DNA from: Squalus acanthias
Lineage: Eukaryota
Assembly: GCA_030390025.1 (NCBI GenBank)
Contig: CM059427.1
Coordinates: 188,046,001-188,110,000, forward strand
DNA: 64,000 bases
Direction: 5' to 3'
This document shows positions 62,762 to 64,000 of this stretch, in pieces. The stretch's first letter is position 1; each line of letters opens with the position of its first letter. The position numbers and the translations under genes are program-made. Below the pieces are notes generated by a model. That model searched no databases and had not been told where the DNA came from. It saw only the letters and a list, made by a program, of their open reading frames with translations.

Positions 62762-63268
62762 TTCTATGAGATAGCCAGTTACTTATCCAATCGGCCAAAT
62801 TTCCCTCTATCCCACAACTCCTTACTTTCTTCATGAGCCGACCATGGGGAACCTTATCAAACGCCTTACTAAAATCCATGTATACGACATCAACTGCTCT
62901 ACCTTCATCTACACACTTAGTTACCTCCTCAAAGAATTCAATCAAATTTGTTAGGCAAGACTTACCCTTCACGAATCCGTGTTGACTATCCCTGATTAAG
63001 TTGCCCCTTTCCAAATGGTCATAAATCCTATCCCTCAGGACCTTTTCCATTATCTTACCAACCACCGAAGTAAGACTAACCGGCCTATAATTACCAGGGT
63101 CATTCCTATTTCCTTTCTTGAAGAGAGGAACAACATTCGCCACTCTCCAGTCCTCTGGCACCATTCCCGTGGACAGTGAGGACCCAAAGATCAAAGCCAG
63201 ACCCATTGTCAGGCAGATATAGATGGAATACATCATTCGAGGTACAATTATGGGGAAGGAGAGAGATG

Positions 63269-63500
63269 CCCTGACCTGCTCTGTCTCTGATGTCACTGAA
63301 TCAATGACATTTGTTTGGATCAGAAACTAAAGCAACATTGTTGAAGAGAAATCGTTCAATGGATGGAATTGGGAAGGGAAATCATTGAGACTGATTATTC
63401 AGAAAGCTGACAGAGACAGAGGGAACTGGATATGTGTTTTGTTTTATCAAAACAGCCCCAGGTTTTACCCCTGTACTATCTGGAGCCCAGTGCTAAGTGA
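63269..63500 (+). pseudogene. Decayed duplicate of the domain-4 Ig exon
   Basis: Matches 58488-58710 ('LTCSVSDVTESM', 'LRLIIQKADRDRGNWICVL') but lacks the 5' end and acceptor, has an in-frame TAA at 63328-63330 and a 3' frameshift. Confidence 0.85.
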
Positions 63501-64000
63501 CTCCGCGTTTGCGCTCAACAGAAAATTCTTGTCACTAATTGTTCTTTTTACCAGAGATGACCCCTCATCCTTTGTGTCCTATTTCTCTCCACTATTGCTC
63601 ACAGCCTCCACATTCATAATTATTCACACCACAGTTTGAAACCACAAGAAATGCCACACAGTGGCTCAGACACATTGGGGGTAATTTTGACTTCGGGCGA
63701 TAGAGTCAAACGAGCGATATCGGATCAGCCGCCCGTTATACATCGCTCCTGATTTTCAGTTCCATTGATTTCAAAGTCAAAATTGTATCGGAAGGTTGGA
63801 AGGAGTGTGCAGTTTCAGATATGGAGGCTGAAGGCATGTGGCCTGATCAGAGAGTAAGGAGAGGGAAGAGTATGGTTCCTGTCTCGCCGCCCATGATTTT
63901 CTGATCAGCACGGGCTGTGTGTGAGGTTCTATCACTGGTGCAGAGCCTCAGAAAATCTACCCTCAGATAACTCAGCACAGCCTGGGATCGAGTTTGGTAC

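Larger units (their letters stand above)
59020..63205 (-). mobile_element. Young CR1 LINE split by a Penelope-like element
   Basis: RT ORF pieces 62774-63205 ('YRPVSLTS', 'DFSKAFDKV', 'WLSHR') and 59215-60086 ('RRQRVVV', 'GVPQG', 'FADDTK') are colinear. Confidence 0.95.

Overview
This is a repeat-dense vertebrate genomic window. The mix of CR1 LINEs, PIF/Harbinger transposons, Penelope-like elements and LTRs suggests a cartilaginous fish (inference). Four main contents. (1) A complete proviral insertion at 15194-26124, with a CCAC target-site duplication (TSD), inside an old CR1. It carries long LTRs, a PBS, a coiled-coil/gag region with a CCHC knuckle, an in-frame UGA-CUAG readthrough into protease, and a pol with RT and integrase core deleted in frame. 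Its spliced env combines a signal peptide, an apparent Ig V-like domain, a stalk and a paramyxo/pneumovirus-F-like class I fusion protein. This best fits a lokiretrovirus-like endogenous element. Its two LTRs are discordant mosaics. (2) Several solo LTRs of two related families. (3) A Harbinger transposon (1861-6049), plus Penelope-like insertions with fold-back structure and hammerhead-ribozyme motifs. (4) A + strand host immunoglobulin-superfamily gene (leader, V, C2, V, C2 exons, all phase 1, 41576-58710). It has CD4/LAG-3-like features, a cysteine-less first domain and a decayed duplicate of the fourth Ig exon. Its TM/cytoplasmic exons were not found in the window. All calls are from manual reading; no searches were run.
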